Shown here: positions 16,501-25,933 of the stretch, in pieces | Layout: each line of letters opens with the position of its first letter | Numbering within the stretch: position 1 is the stretch's first letter | Source: Candidatus Aminicenantes bacterium | GTDB taxonomy: Bacteria; Acidobacteriota; Aminicenantia; UBA2199 | DNA: 64,000 bases | Direction: 5' to 3' | NCBI GenBank assembly: GCA_963759765.1 | Contig: CAVXAL010000002.1 | Location: 464,228 to 528,227, forward strand | The notes under the pieces: generated by a model | The model's input: only the letters and a program-made list of their open reading frames with translations | Told to the model about the DNA's origin: nothing | Databases searched by the model: none | Position numbers and translations under genes: made by a program

Positions 16501-18468
16501 GTCGACCACGATGGCTTCGTCGAAGCAGTCCAGAGCGGAAACCGAGGCTCGCTCGTCCAGCCCAACCGTTCCTGCGCCTGGTGGGACGCGCTCAACTGCG
16601 GCCACAAGGACGGCTACACCAACGCCCTCATCTATCGCGCCTGGCGCTGCCTGGCCGATCTCGAGGCGCAACTCGGACGAAGCGATAGGGCGAGCGAATA
16701 CACCCGGCTCGCCGACAGGCTCAAGTCCGTCTACACGAACACTCTCTACAACCCGCTGACCGGATGGCTGGCCTGGTGGAAGAGCGCCGACGGCGAGCTC
16801 CACGACTACGCTTCGCCGACGCTCAACGGCCTGGCCATCGAATACGGGCTGGTCGAACCGGAGCTCGGGCGCCAGATTCTCGACCGGCTTTGGAAAAAGA
16901 TCAGCGCGGCCGGTTTCACGCGCTTCGACCTGGGAATCCCGCCGATGCTCATCCCGGTCCACCGCAGCGATTATCTCCAGCCCGACGCCATCGGCATACC
17001 GCTGCGCGAGGACGGCACAGACACCTTCGGCCAGTACATGAACGGAGGGATCACGGCCGGCCACGTTCTCCATTTTCTCGCCGCGCACTATGTCCTCGGC
17101 GAAAACGAACGGGCCGACAGAGTGCTGCGGGCCATGCTCGAGCGCCAGTTGCGGGGTGAGTTCCAGAACGGCGTCCGCGACGCCGGCGGCCAGGGTGCCG
17201 ACTGGACGAGCTGGGACGGAAAACCCAGCGGCTACGAGGGCTACCTGGCCGACAGCTTTCGCTTCCTCCAGGCGGTTCTGCTGCGCGAGCCGGCATTCCG
17301 GGCACGCATCTACCGGCCGCTGCATCCGGTGAATAAATCCGATGACCGTCTGAAAGATGACTTTGCCTTCCTCGAGGCCAGCACGAAAAAACTTCTCGAC
17401 GGGTGCATCATCAAGGCGGCCGACGGGACGCCTCTCTACACACCCGACGGCAAAGCCAATTACGCGGCGCTCTGGACAAGGGATTTCGCTTCGATGGTGG
17501 AATATGCTGGCGACCTCATGCCGCCCGATAACATCGAAAAATGCATCGCCTACCTGATCAAGGGCGTCAGGGCCGACGGCGCTGTGCCGGACCGGGTCCA
17601 GGTGGACGGCCGGCCGGTCTATACGGCCGGACCGCCCGATGCGCCACCGGCCGAGCCGAACATCGACAATGCCCAATTCCTCGTTTTCGCCGTCAACTTC
17701 TATCTCGAGTTGGTTCCCGAGGGCGGGCGGGCCGCGCTTTACAGAAAATGGTCGCCGCTGCTCGTCAAGGGCATGGATTATATCCCGCGCACCGCGAACG
17801 GGCTGGTATGGAACGATCCCCGCAAGCCCCATTCGCCCTATGGCTTCACGGACACCGTGGCCAAAACCGGTGACCTCTTCATGGAATCCCTTCTTTACTG
17901 GCGGGCCTCGATGATGCTCGCCCGATGGGAAGGCGCCTATGGGAGTGCTAAGGCCCGGGACGGTTTCTTGGCGCGGGCCGCGGCGATCGAGAAGAGTATC
18001 GGCTCACTCTGGGACGACCGGACGGGCATGTTCTTCGCCGCTTCCGGAGATTGCCGGCAAACGGATGTCTGGGGCAACGCCTACGCCGTCGTCATCGGTT
18101 TCCCGCTGGCCGGGTGGAAAGACCGCATCGTCGATGCCCTTGTATCCAACTACGACCGTTACGTTTGGAAGGGGCAGGTCAGGCATCTCCCGTCCGGCGA
18201 GTACTGGCAGCGTCAACTCATGCCCGTCGAGAAGGAGCGATACCAGAACGGCGCGTTCTGGGCGACACCGGCTGGCTGGCTCATGGGAGCCTTGAACGGG
18301 TGCGCCCCGGACCTTACCCGGCGGATGTTCACGGACCTCGTCGAGGACTTCAGGACCGGAGGAATCTGCGAGTGCGTCAACGCCGGATACCGGAAACTCG
18401 AGAGCTACGTCAACAGCGCGACCAATCCCCGGGGAGCCGCCCGAAAAATCTGGAGTGGTGCACAATAA
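13528..18468 (+). CDS. 1646-aa secreted or anchored multidomain glycoside-hydrolase-like protein
   Basis: N-terminal anchor MKRIVIFILFGAVILTIFVL. Central TIM-barrel-like region (LCLHGWYDFVGRY, FADGMNAGDG, DALVWDETFH). Two regions resemble (alpha/alpha)6 barrels: GYWDYGNFLDANASPLISAWDYVEATGD...WWDALNCGHKDGYTNALIYRAWRCLADLE, and ALWTRDFASMVEYAG...NIDNAQFLVFAVNFYLE...YQNGAFWATPAGWL. The specific family is not assigned. Confidence 0.6.
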   Translation: MKRIVIFILFGAVILTIFVLSSGAGLPVEQGSLRAHPPVAAAGQEGTPKTLHLRAGDYDVTVSANGAVMAVEKRGGYALRNTGLDTAGELILDDRVFPLASPTAVEEKVDGLHFLYDVASTPDLRVELVYRLTQTGKSVSLVREINLASAAALATPAAPPSSARFGADLTVRLPLAPLRLTPETWLPLKNGVGRTLADDKQAMYRFAGVLRSEGVPLAIPMVSFAAKEFAGRVTVALDPYYSVLFSSDAVEWTYPKSIGLENGKESRSLAVIFHPGTPDDAVAEFYRCALADVPPGPSWLHDIALVDYDYLSEGGRGWFKDIAALTAAIAREDRAKVLLCLHGWYDFVGRYTFDRHTKTLSPAWTAFANYPQVKKDFPFSVPVALTLKDMHERLAYARSRGFRVALYFADGMNAGDGLADIYAAERVLRWGGWQGPDTRGKTYVQNPLCPEVRGFFLDYVKALLQEYGKELDALVWDETFHVPEGSLGSEMRPGYADRAMMRLTRDITAEVRAFNRRAGQEVAFLASDCIGVFNWVTKPPYALVADGTYQDTHCAPEAWSFGIFPNYRNVLWSCNWEPVTHWDYTEFGVRSYQTAVAVANGWGDYCGFAAMSPALKQKVLALFNWRKRFPTRLRTLDRLPVYQGHPVVKCIADEVAAGISFLSWDTEGGDRVDTNLLRTESAVKLQFLENGAWLDAQMKKRSVEESGAVNYELEAGGARLTWRIEPGAIRDVGGKLKLAVSAPGNRLESARFLFPFAPGITPVTVLPSVWQDDGIFRLPAVINAPDFGPLLLAEAGGRNVCGRLEGSRQNKIVDLTLELPEIVADKPITLTLTPLLLKPPAGLGDANLWHSARRGWLNALQPCARWGEQDKPFSSPAGILGNNVVSDPASVSLWFYADQAFWTPEVAPGVSLMPLVRRTIDYWLDQRLRRDEQGRLTGEITGYWDYGNFLDANASPLISAWDYVEATGDQAWLRARIERLELVADFLARRDVDHDGFVEAVQSGNRGSLVQPNRSCAWWDALNCGHKDGYTNALIYRAWRCLADLEAQLGRSDRASEYTRLADRLKSVYTNTLYNPLTGWLAWWKSADGELHDYASPTLNGLAIEYGLVEPELGRQILDRLWKKISAAGFTRFDLGIPPMLIPVHRSDYLQPDAIGIPLREDGTDTFGQYMNGGITAGHVLHFLAAHYVLGENERADRVLRAMLERQLRGEFQNGVRDAGGQGADWTSWDGKPSGYEGYLADSFRFLQAVLLREPAFRARIYRPLHPVNKSDDRLKDDFAFLEASTKKLLDGCIIKAADGTPLYTPDGKANYAALWTRDFASMVEYAGDLMPPDNIEKCIAYLIKGVRADGAVPDRVQVDGRPVYTAGPPDAPPAEPNIDNAQFLVFAVNFYLELVPEGGRAALYRKWSPLLVKGMDYIPRTANGLVWNDPRKPHSPYGFTDTVAKTGDLFMESLLYWRASMMLARWEGAYGSAKARDGFLARAAAIEKSIGSLWDDRTGMFFAASGDCRQTDVWGNAYAVVIGFPLAGWKDRIVDALVSNYDRYVWKGQVRHLPSGEYWQRQLMPVEKERYQNGAFWATPAGWLMGALNGCAPDLTRRMFTDLVEDFRTGGICECVNAGYRKLESYVNSATNPRGAARKIWSGAQ

Positions 18469-18559
18469 CGCGGAAAAAAATTGGCGAGATGTTGTGCGCT
18501 GACATTCCCGACAATGATTTGCCTCATGTTCCTGGATGACGTGAATCCCAGAGGGATGT

Positions 18560-21500
18560 CTATTCTTGGATGTTCATTCTCTCCGCTGCGCGCAGAGTCA
18601 CCGGGCCCAGGAGGCCGGAGGGCTGCAGGTGTTCGCCTTTCTTCCAGAGCCGCCAACTCGTGAAAGTGATGCGGCCGGTCGGGCTTGGCTGCCCTGCCTG
18701 GACCCACGGCGGCCAGGACTTGAGCGTGCCGTCGCTGTTGCGCTCGCTGTCTTCGGGCAGCTGCTCGTCGCCGAGCATGCGGTTGATCCAGAGGTTGGTG
18801 ACTTTCACTTCGAGCGTGTTTTCGCCGGGCCGGGCGGCAGCCGTCACGTCCAGGGTAAAGGACGGCTTCCACAGGACGCCGAGGTCCTTGCCGTTTAATT
18901 GAACCCGGGCCATCACGGCGACCGCGCCCAGGTCCAGGTACAGACGCCGGTTCTTGGCGAGCATCTTGGCGGGGATGCGGATTTTTTTTGTGTAGGTCGC
19001 GGTGCCGGAGAAGTATTTCACGCCCGTTTCGGGGTGCTCGCTCCAGGAAATGAGTTTCGCGAGAGAGATTTTCTGCGGCGCACCCAGGTGAGGTGGGAAG
19101 GAGACCTGCCAGGGACCGCTGATCGGCAGGGGTGGAGGAAGCGCCGAAACTCGAACCTGCCGGGTTCGGCCGGAGGCGGTCTTCAGCTCGAAGCGGCCTG
19201 CTTGCTGCGCCTCGAGAATAAGGCGGTTCCCCGCGCCGCGGTGGAGTTCGACCAGGGGCGGGGGGGTGCCGGGAGGGGCGATGGCGATGGTGTCGGTATC
19301 AATGCCGCTGGCAGTAAACGATTTATCCGCGATGGTGTACTCCACCACCACTCGCTTGAGCGTCCCGAAGGCCGGGTCGTCGCCTGCGGCAAGGCGCCCG
19401 ACCTTGAAGCTGAGGTCGCCTCGATCGATGAGTTCCTGCACCTTGGCCCGGACGTCGCGGGTGCGCGGCGGGTCCTCCAGCACCCCGTACACGGCTTTCC
19501 GGACGACGATTGGCGGCAGCGCCTCCGACAGCGAGAGCAGCGGCCGGCGGTCAACGGTCAGGGCCACAACCGGATCGGATTTCTCCGCCCTGTGGCGGAA
19601 GACCACGAACACCGAGCCGTTTGGCCCGAGCGGCAGAAGCACGCGGGTGCAGCTTCTCCTGTTCCCGATAAACCGGGGCGGTTTCGATGCGTCCCGTATC
19701 CGGCCACCAGAGTTCCGGCACTCTGCCGCTGACCCGGAACGTGCAGGTCGTCGGCTCGCAGCCCGGCAGGGAACGGGCGATGAAGTAAATCTCCGTGTCG
19801 CCCGAGCGGCGGTGGATCCAGCGGATATGAGCCGGCGCGCGGACATCGGGCGGAACGCCCAGCACGGCGAGCAACTTCTCGGGCGGCTGGTTCGCCAGCA
19901 CCTTGTTCTTGCCCCACAGTTCTTCGCCAAGCCGCTGCACTTCCTCGTCACAGTGTGGAAAATCGGTCAGGCTGGGTGATTGGGTCGGCCGCGGTCCGAT
20001 AACGGTGGCGCCGGCCTCGGCCAATTCCTTGATCTTGCGCAGCAGCGGCGGGGTCATAGCTGTGACCGGGGGCAACACCAGCAGGCGATAACTCATGCCG
20101 TCGGGCAGGAAGATGCGGCCATCCTTCACGCTCATCCGCGTGAGCACCGCTTCGGCGGTGCAGTTGTCGAAGTCGTAGCCCTGGCAGGGGTGAGAGAGAA
20201 ATCCCTGCGGTGCAGCTTCGGGTTGAAGGTAGCAGATGTCGGCGACGAAAAGGCCCTGGCGCAAGAGGCTTTGGCAGCGCGCCAGATACTCGTGCCAGCC
20301 GGGCGTCAGCTCCCACCAGGTCTGGGTGCGCTCGTAGTGGAGGCCCCACGGCCCCATGCTCATGCCGGGCCGGAAGTTCAGCCAGGGCTGCAGGGCGTAG
20401 CGGTGAAAGACGAAGCGGTTGATGCCGGCGCAGAGGGCGCGGTCGCCGAGCGCCTTGATCGTAGCGGGATGCTCCTGCCAGCGTTCCGAGTCGTCGGCCG
20501 TGAACGATTCCGCGCCGATGATGCGCTTGCCGTAGGTGTGCGCCGCCGATGACATCTCCTTGCACGTCTCAAACGCGCCGCCGCCGACCCAGAACTCGGC
20601 CATCGGTTCGTCGGCGCGGCCGGCGTAAGTCATGTCGTCGCAGGGGCCGCCGTACGCTTCAATGGTGAGGCGGAGGCCGTGCTGCTGAGCCAGCTTTTCC
20701 AGATGCCCGGCGTAGTTCTCCACGAGCAGGTCCGAGATCGTCTGCCGCCAATCCCAGAGGAAGCGTTCCGACACGCTCAGGCTGTCGACCACGCGGCCGG
20801 TCAGCGCCGGCAGAAACAGCAGCGGATCATAACCGCGGCGCCGGCAGAATTCCTCGCGCATCCGGGCCGTCCAGTTCTGCGCGCCGTTCTCCCAGCTGTC
20901 CACGTGCGTGGCGACAAGGCTCTTTCCGGCCGCCGGGCCGACGTCGGCGATCAGCTTGGCCATCATGCCGGCAAACTGGGCTTCGATGCCTTCCGTGCTG
21001 AGTTTATCGCATTCCAAGCCGCGGCCGCTGGCGGGTGCGGGAGCGCACTGGGCACCGGTGCTGGTGTGGCCGAAGCGCAGGATCGTCCACGGGCCGGCCG
21101 GAATGTTCCAGTTCAGGCGGCCGTCCGGCTTCAGCTGCGCCGTCAGATCCACGATGCGGTCGCGCGCGATCAGCAGGGCCGGGGCCAGCCGGTTCTCCTT
21201 TGCCGGAACTATGTCGCCCCGCTCGAAGCCCGCTTTGGCTTTGATGTTTTCGATGCGGAACGCGCCGGGGGTCGGCACGGCCAGCACGGCGATGTCCTGG
21301 TAAAAACCGGCGACCGTCTCCGGCTGTTGCAGGCGGCTGTCGAAATGACGCGGACCTTTGAGATCAACCTCGCTCCAGACGATCTTCTGCATGGATTCTT
21401 CCGGTTTGATCCAGGGCCCGCCGCTGCCGTTCCAGCCGGCATCGTCATTCATGTTCACCTCAAGCCCCAGCCGCTGGGCCTCCGCTGCGGCATGCTTAAA

Positions 21501-21776
21501 CAACTCGCGCCACGGCGCTCCCATGAACGCCACCGGTCCGACCGGAGCGCCCTGGTCCACCTCCATAATTAACACGCCCCCGATGCCGGCGCGCTTCATT
21601 GCCTCCAGATCCGCACTGATGCCCTGTCTGGTGATGTTGCTGTTCAGCCAGAACCAATATACCCACGGCCGCGCCTCCAACGGTGGTGCAATGAAGTTTT
21701 TCTCCAATTCACTGGCCCCAGCCGCGGCTACAAAAACGAACCACAGGGCCATGATCAGAAAATTCTTTTTGTTCAT
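18560..21776 (-). pseudogene. GH106-like (alpha-L-rhamnosidase family) glycoside hydrolase, single frame break
   Basis: N-terminus MNKKNFLIMALWFVFVAAAGA...PWVYWFWLNSNITRQGISADLEAMKRAGIGGVLIME. ORFs 19551-21776 and 18560-19951 join at ...TAPVYREQE|..TRVLLPLGPNGSVFVVFRH, with the break in 19648-19657. Confidence 0.7.
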
Positions 21777-22418
21777 GTTTAGGACTCCTCTCCTGACTCC
21801 CGTCAGAAAAAAAGATTAAACGTACTGGCTTCTTTTTGCAAGCGCTGCCGGAGATTCTCCGGGAACGGGCTTTCCACGAGGACTCCCCGCGCCCGCCCTC
21901 AAAGTGGGTGGAAATTATTTCTTTACTCTGGTCGAAGGTGAAGGCTCCATCGGAGAAAACGATGTCGTTGTTGAAATCGATCAGGTGTGTCACATCATAG
22001 AAGACGCCGGCGGTCGGAGCACCGGCTGGCCCCCCGGTCATCAAATTTTTGCCCCAGGTGATGATCGAGTAGGTGTCGGTGCCGTCCACATTGGCCCACT
22101 GAAACACCGTACCCCAGGCATCGACTGTGGGAAAGGACTTGACGTAAAAGGGCCGGAACCAGGGCTGGTTCATGCCCGTGACCGTTGCGCCCACGCCTCG
22201 GGGAGCCCAGGACCAGTCGGCGATGTACGTGTCAATCGCGTTGCCCAAGGTTTTCATATCGCCCATGGTCGACTTCTGCTTGCCTTTCTGCAGAGCAGTC
22301 ATCAGGTTGGGAATGGCGATGGCCGCCACTATAGCGATGATGGCTGCAACGATCAGCAGCTCGATCAGCGTAAAACCTTTTATTTTCGTGCGAATCTCCC
22401 TTGATTTAGATTTTTCAT
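21709..22418 (-). pseudogene. prepilin-type (GspG/type IV pilin-like) protein; leader separated by a frame break in an A-run; 3' end uncertain
   Basis: ATG at 22418-22416 gives MKNLNQGRFARK then a stop. Shifting one base gives IKGFTLIELLIVAAIIAIVAAIAIPNL, the prepilin cleavage/methylation motif. The break lies in aaaa (plus-strand tttt, 22383-22386). The ORF tail overlaps the GH106-like start by 68 nt. Confidence 0.6.
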
Positions 22419-22732
22419 TGAAAATGAAGCAACAAAAATGCCAATTGCCTGTTGTTGAAAAAAGCCTTTATTTAAAGGAATTTTTCATTTCAGGCGAATG
22501 TTTAATGTACAAAATATGCTAGAAAAAATGCAAAAAATTGTCATTTTTTTTCATATGGCTAGTTGAAAATGTCTCTTGCCTTGCAACCACACTGTGCTTT
22601 ATTCATTTTCCGATTATTGACACGTCATTGTTCCTTTCATTAAAATACATTGGTGATAAAAAACGATTTTTCTATCGCTCTCACGGCAAGAGATGCAGAT
22701 TAAGAAAGAGCGGGATTGAGAGAAATGGAAGG

Positions 22733-25330
22733 GTGAAACGCCGGCGACGTATTCTGGTTCTCGGTTTGCTGGCGTTGCTGGCGCTCTTTTGTTTTATCTA
22801 TATATTTGCCCACCCCTTGCTGCAAGGTTGGCTTGTGTCCAAGGCACGGCAAGCCGGGCTGGAAAAGCTGCAGTTTTCGGTTGACCATGTCGGTTTCAGC
22901 CGCGTGGACATTGCCGGTATAAGTTCTGCTGGCAATGGCCTTGCTATCTCCGGCCTGTCAATCGATTACTCCCTGCCCCAAATCCTAAAAGGGCGCGTGC
23001 GCAGGCTGACTGTAACGGGCATGAAGTTGACGGTGGCCCGGGGGCAGACAGGTTGGGGGGTCCAGGGCTTGGAAAACCTGTTCAACCAGCCGAGTTCCTC
23101 TCCCCTGGTGCTACCTTTCGGTGAATTGATTATCCGCCATTCGCTGCTGCGGGTGGTCCGCGACAATCAATCGTGGGATATTCCGTTTGACCTGTGGCTG
23201 CGAAAAACAGATCAGCGGGATGAATACAGCCTTGAAGTCAACGGCAAATTACTCGGGCGGACGCTGCATGTGAGCGGGGCGCTGCACCCGCAGGGGCGCG
23301 GCACGCTTCAGGTGGATATTCCGGAATTGCCTTTGGGAGAGCTGGGCGAGCGTCTGGGGTTGCTTCCGGGCGTTACCACCAGCGCTACCGTCCCTCTGCA
23401 GGCGGAAATCGGGCTTTTTTCCTGGGGCCTGGAGCGTGTCAAAATTCAGGTGGGCCAGGTTGCCTTGCAGGCCACCGGGGCCGATGTCCATTTGCTTGGC
23501 GCTGGCGATTTCCGGGCTGAATTTCTTCCGGGCATGAAATTGGCGAATTTGAATCTGCAGGCCACTGTCTCAACTTTACAATACGGACAACTAGCCCTAC
23601 AGTCCCCGGTCACGATCCGAATCCTGGGCAAGCAGTTGGAAGCGCTGAACTTCGAAGTGGCCGGATTGAAGCCCAAGGGTCAGCCTGTGGAAATCGAAAT
23701 GATTCGCGGCACCCTGGTCGGCCTTCCCGACCGGCTGGAAATCCGCGGTTCTTATCAGGGTCGGCTGCTGCCGGCCTTCCTGACTAAAGGAGCAGGCAAT
23801 GGGCCAGCGGTTTTTCCGTTGCAGGGTGATTTCAAAATGGACGCGTTTCCCGCACCACCCCATTGGCACATCGAAGGCCGCAGCGTGGCGTCGGGTGCAG
23901 CCGCCTGGAATGGATGGCATGCGCACTTCGGCCATCTGGGGCTTGTCCTGCTTGCCCAGGATGTAGGCCAGCACTTAAAGATTTCCGGCCGGCTGGACGG
24001 AAGCAAGGTAGAAATCCGCTGGAACGATCTGACCCTGCAAGCGGATCGCATCCGGGCCTGGGGAGATATGACCGGTTTTCCTCCTGACCTGATTGACGGT
24101 CAGGCGGTCCTGCATCTGCAAAACGGTCATGTATCGGGAAAGGACAAAATTCCGCTGCAAGCGACAGGCGTGGAACTGGATATACCCTGGCATGTGAAGC
24201 CGCGGGATGCTGCCCCTGGTGGTGCGTTCAGTCTGAAGGAACTGCAGCTGGGCGGGGTCACGTTTCATGGAATTGGCGGCCGCCTCAACCAGACCAAAGA
24301 AGGGTATGTCCTGGTTGGTTCTGCCCGCCTGCCCCTGAACCCCTTGACCTGCACCTTCAAGGGGACCCTGACTCCTGCCCGCGGCGAACTATTCGTTTCA
24401 CTCGCTGTGGAGGAAGCGGAGGTACCCCCGGGAACGAAACTGGGAGTGCTGCATCCGCTCCTGGCCGGCATGACGGGTGGCGGCCGGATCAGGGCGGCGG
24501 TAAGCGTTTTCCGCAAAAGGGGGACTCTTTCCGCCAGCGGAGAGATCGGCATCCACGCTGCGGCTCTGAACATTCCTGACATGTCCGTATCCCTTTCCGA
24601 TCTGTCCGGCGCTGTCTCCTTCAGCGATCTGGCAAACTTGGTGAGCGAACCGAAACAGCGGATACAATTTGGCAGAGTGCAATTGGGGAATCTGTCCTTC
24701 ACCCAGGGCAGTCTGTTTCTGACGATTGAACCACAAAAAACTGTTTTCATTGAATCGGGGGAAGCGGTTTGGTGCGGGGGGCGCATCTCTGTCAGCCTGT
24801 TGCGCTATGCCGGTGCCGGCAAACCGTTGCGCTTCACCTTGAAATGCGAACGCGTGCGTTTCGCCGACCTGCTGAACACCCTGACCGGCAAGGCCATGGC
24901 TTCTGGCGAAGCCCAAATCAACGGCACCATTCCGGTGAGTTTGAGCGATGGCGGCATTGTGATTGAAAACGGATACCTGTACACCACGCCGGGCATGCGG
25001 GGCAATCTCAAATTTTCCCAAAGCGGCATGCTTTCCGGCGGCGTACCGCTGGTGGAAGAAGCAATCAAAGATTTTAATTATGAGTGGCTGCGCATCAGCC
25101 TGAATTCCCTGGGAGGGTTGCTGCAAATGAACGTGGAGCTTAACGGTGCCCCGGCACAAAAATTGCCGCTGACGTATGATTCCAAAACCCGCGCCTTCAT
25201 CCCAGCTCCTGCCGGCGGCCGGAATGTGGAATTGCAGGGGTTGCATCTGGAATTGAAGTTCAAAGACATTGATCTGGCGTACCTATTGAAACACGGCACG
25301 CAATTGCATCTCTTCGACCAACAAAAGTGA
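22733..25330 (+). CDS. ydbH: YdbH-like AsmA-family large envelope protein
   Basis: Start moved to GTG 22733 (GGAAGG upstream), giving MKRRRRILVLGLLALLALFCFIYIF as an N-terminal anchor. The protein is long and beta-rich. The assignment rests mainly on the ynbE- and ydbL-like genes immediately downstream. Confidence 0.65.
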   Translation: MKRRRRILVLGLLALLALFCFIYIFAHPLLQGWLVSKARQAGLEKLQFSVDHVGFSRVDIAGISSAGNGLAISGLSIDYSLPQILKGRVRRLTVTGMKLTVARGQTGWGVQGLENLFNQPSSSPLVLPFGELIIRHSLLRVVRDNQSWDIPFDLWLRKTDQRDEYSLEVNGKLLGRTLHVSGALHPQGRGTLQVDIPELPLGELGERLGLLPGVTTSATVPLQAEIGLFSWGLERVKIQVGQVALQATGADVHLLGAGDFRAEFLPGMKLANLNLQATVSTLQYGQLALQSPVTIRILGKQLEALNFEVAGLKPKGQPVEIEMIRGTLVGLPDRLEIRGSYQGRLLPAFLTKGAGNGPAVFPLQGDFKMDAFPAPPHWHIEGRSVASGAAAWNGWHAHFGHLGLVLLAQDVGQHLKISGRLDGSKVEIRWNDLTLQADRIRAWGDMTGFPPDLIDGQAVLHLQNGHVSGKDKIPLQATGVELDIPWHVKPRDAAPGGAFSLKELQLGGVTFHGIGGRLNQTKEGYVLVGSARLPLNPLTCTFKGTLTPARGELFVSLAVEEAEVPPGTKLGVLHPLLAGMTGGGRIRAAVSVFRKRGTLSASGEIGIHAAALNIPDMSVSLSDLSGAVSFSDLANLVSEPKQRIQFGRVQLGNLSFTQGSLFLTIEPQKTVFIESGEAVWCGGRISVSLLRYAGAGKPLRFTLKCERVRFADLLNTLTGKAMASGEAQINGTIPVSLSDGGIVIENGYLYTTPGMRGNLKFSQSGMLSGGVPLVEEAIKDFNYEWLRISLNSLGGLLQMNVELNGAPAQKLPLTYDSKTRAFIPAPAGGRNVELQGLHLELKFKDIDLAYLLKHGTQLHLFDQQK

Positions 25331-25343
25331 CAGGAGGTATGAA

Positions 25344-25559
25344 ATGAATAAAATTGGCCTGACCGTCATGACGCTGGCGCTTATCCTCGCCGGCGGCTGC
25401 ATCAAGATCAAGCACGAAATGAAGGTGGAACCGATCCATGTCACGGTGGAGATCACGCTGAAAATTGACCGTGAGCTGGGGAATTTCTTCGGCGACATTG
25501 ACAAATCGGTGTCCAAGGATTCTCCAAAAAAGGAAGTCAAAGAAGGAGGTGAAAAATGA
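25344..25559 (+). CDS. ynbE: YnbE-like small lipoprotein
   Basis: 71 aa with lipobox LILAGGC. The core VEPIHVTVEITLKIDREL resembles YnbE (EPITINMNVKIEHEI, quoted from memory). Confidence 0.65.
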   Translation: MNKIGLTVMTLALILAGGCIKIKHEMKVEPIHVTVEITLKIDRELGNFFGDIDKSVSKDSPKKEVKEGGEK

Positions 25560-25933
25560 AGCGCAGACCATTGGCCTGGGCTTTTCTGTTTGCCATTTTC
25601 ATTTCCGGGTTGCTGACCGCCCAAAGTGCAGAAATCAAGGCCCGCTTCCTGCAGCGCTTGCCGGCCATCACGGATTTGAAAAATGCTGGAATCATCGGTG
25701 AGAACAACCTCGGCTTTTTGGAATTTCGCAGTCCGGCGCAGAAGAACGCAGACAACGGAAAGCTGGTGAATGAGGAGAATGCCGATCGCCTTGTGGTATA
25801 CAACGATATCGCCCAAAAAATCGGGGTATCGGCTCAAGAGGTAGGTAAACGCCGGGCTCTGCAGATTGCCGAAAATGCAGCCAAGGGCCACTGGCTTCAG
25901 GATGCCAGCGGACGTTGGTACCAGAAGCAATAA
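25556..25933 (+). CDS. ydbL: YdbL-like DUF1318 periplasmic protein
   Basis: Signal peptide present. The pattern GIIGENNLGFLE...VNEENADRLVVYNDIAQKIGVSAQEV...GHWLQDASGRWYQK matches DUF1318. There is a 4-nt overlap with ynbE. Confidence 0.7.
   Translation: MKRRPLAWAFLFAIFISGLLTAQSAEIKARFLQRLPAITDLKNAGIIGENNLGFLEFRSPAQKNADNGKLVNEENADRLVVYNDIAQKIGVSAQEVGKRRALQIAENAAKGHWLQDASGRWYQKQ

Noticed and set aside
14011-17832. Very long reverse-strand ORFs (524 aa at 14011-15585, 616 aa at 15982-17832). Similar ones elsewhere: 44221-45969, 57507-59558, 26541-28133, 32187-33713, 52882-54291, 2309-3256.
   Set aside because: All lie antisense to well-supported genes in GC-rich sequence. Their products are Arg/Gly/Pro/Ala-rich low-complexity strings with no motifs. 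These are typical shadow ORFs caused by the rarity of stop codons.
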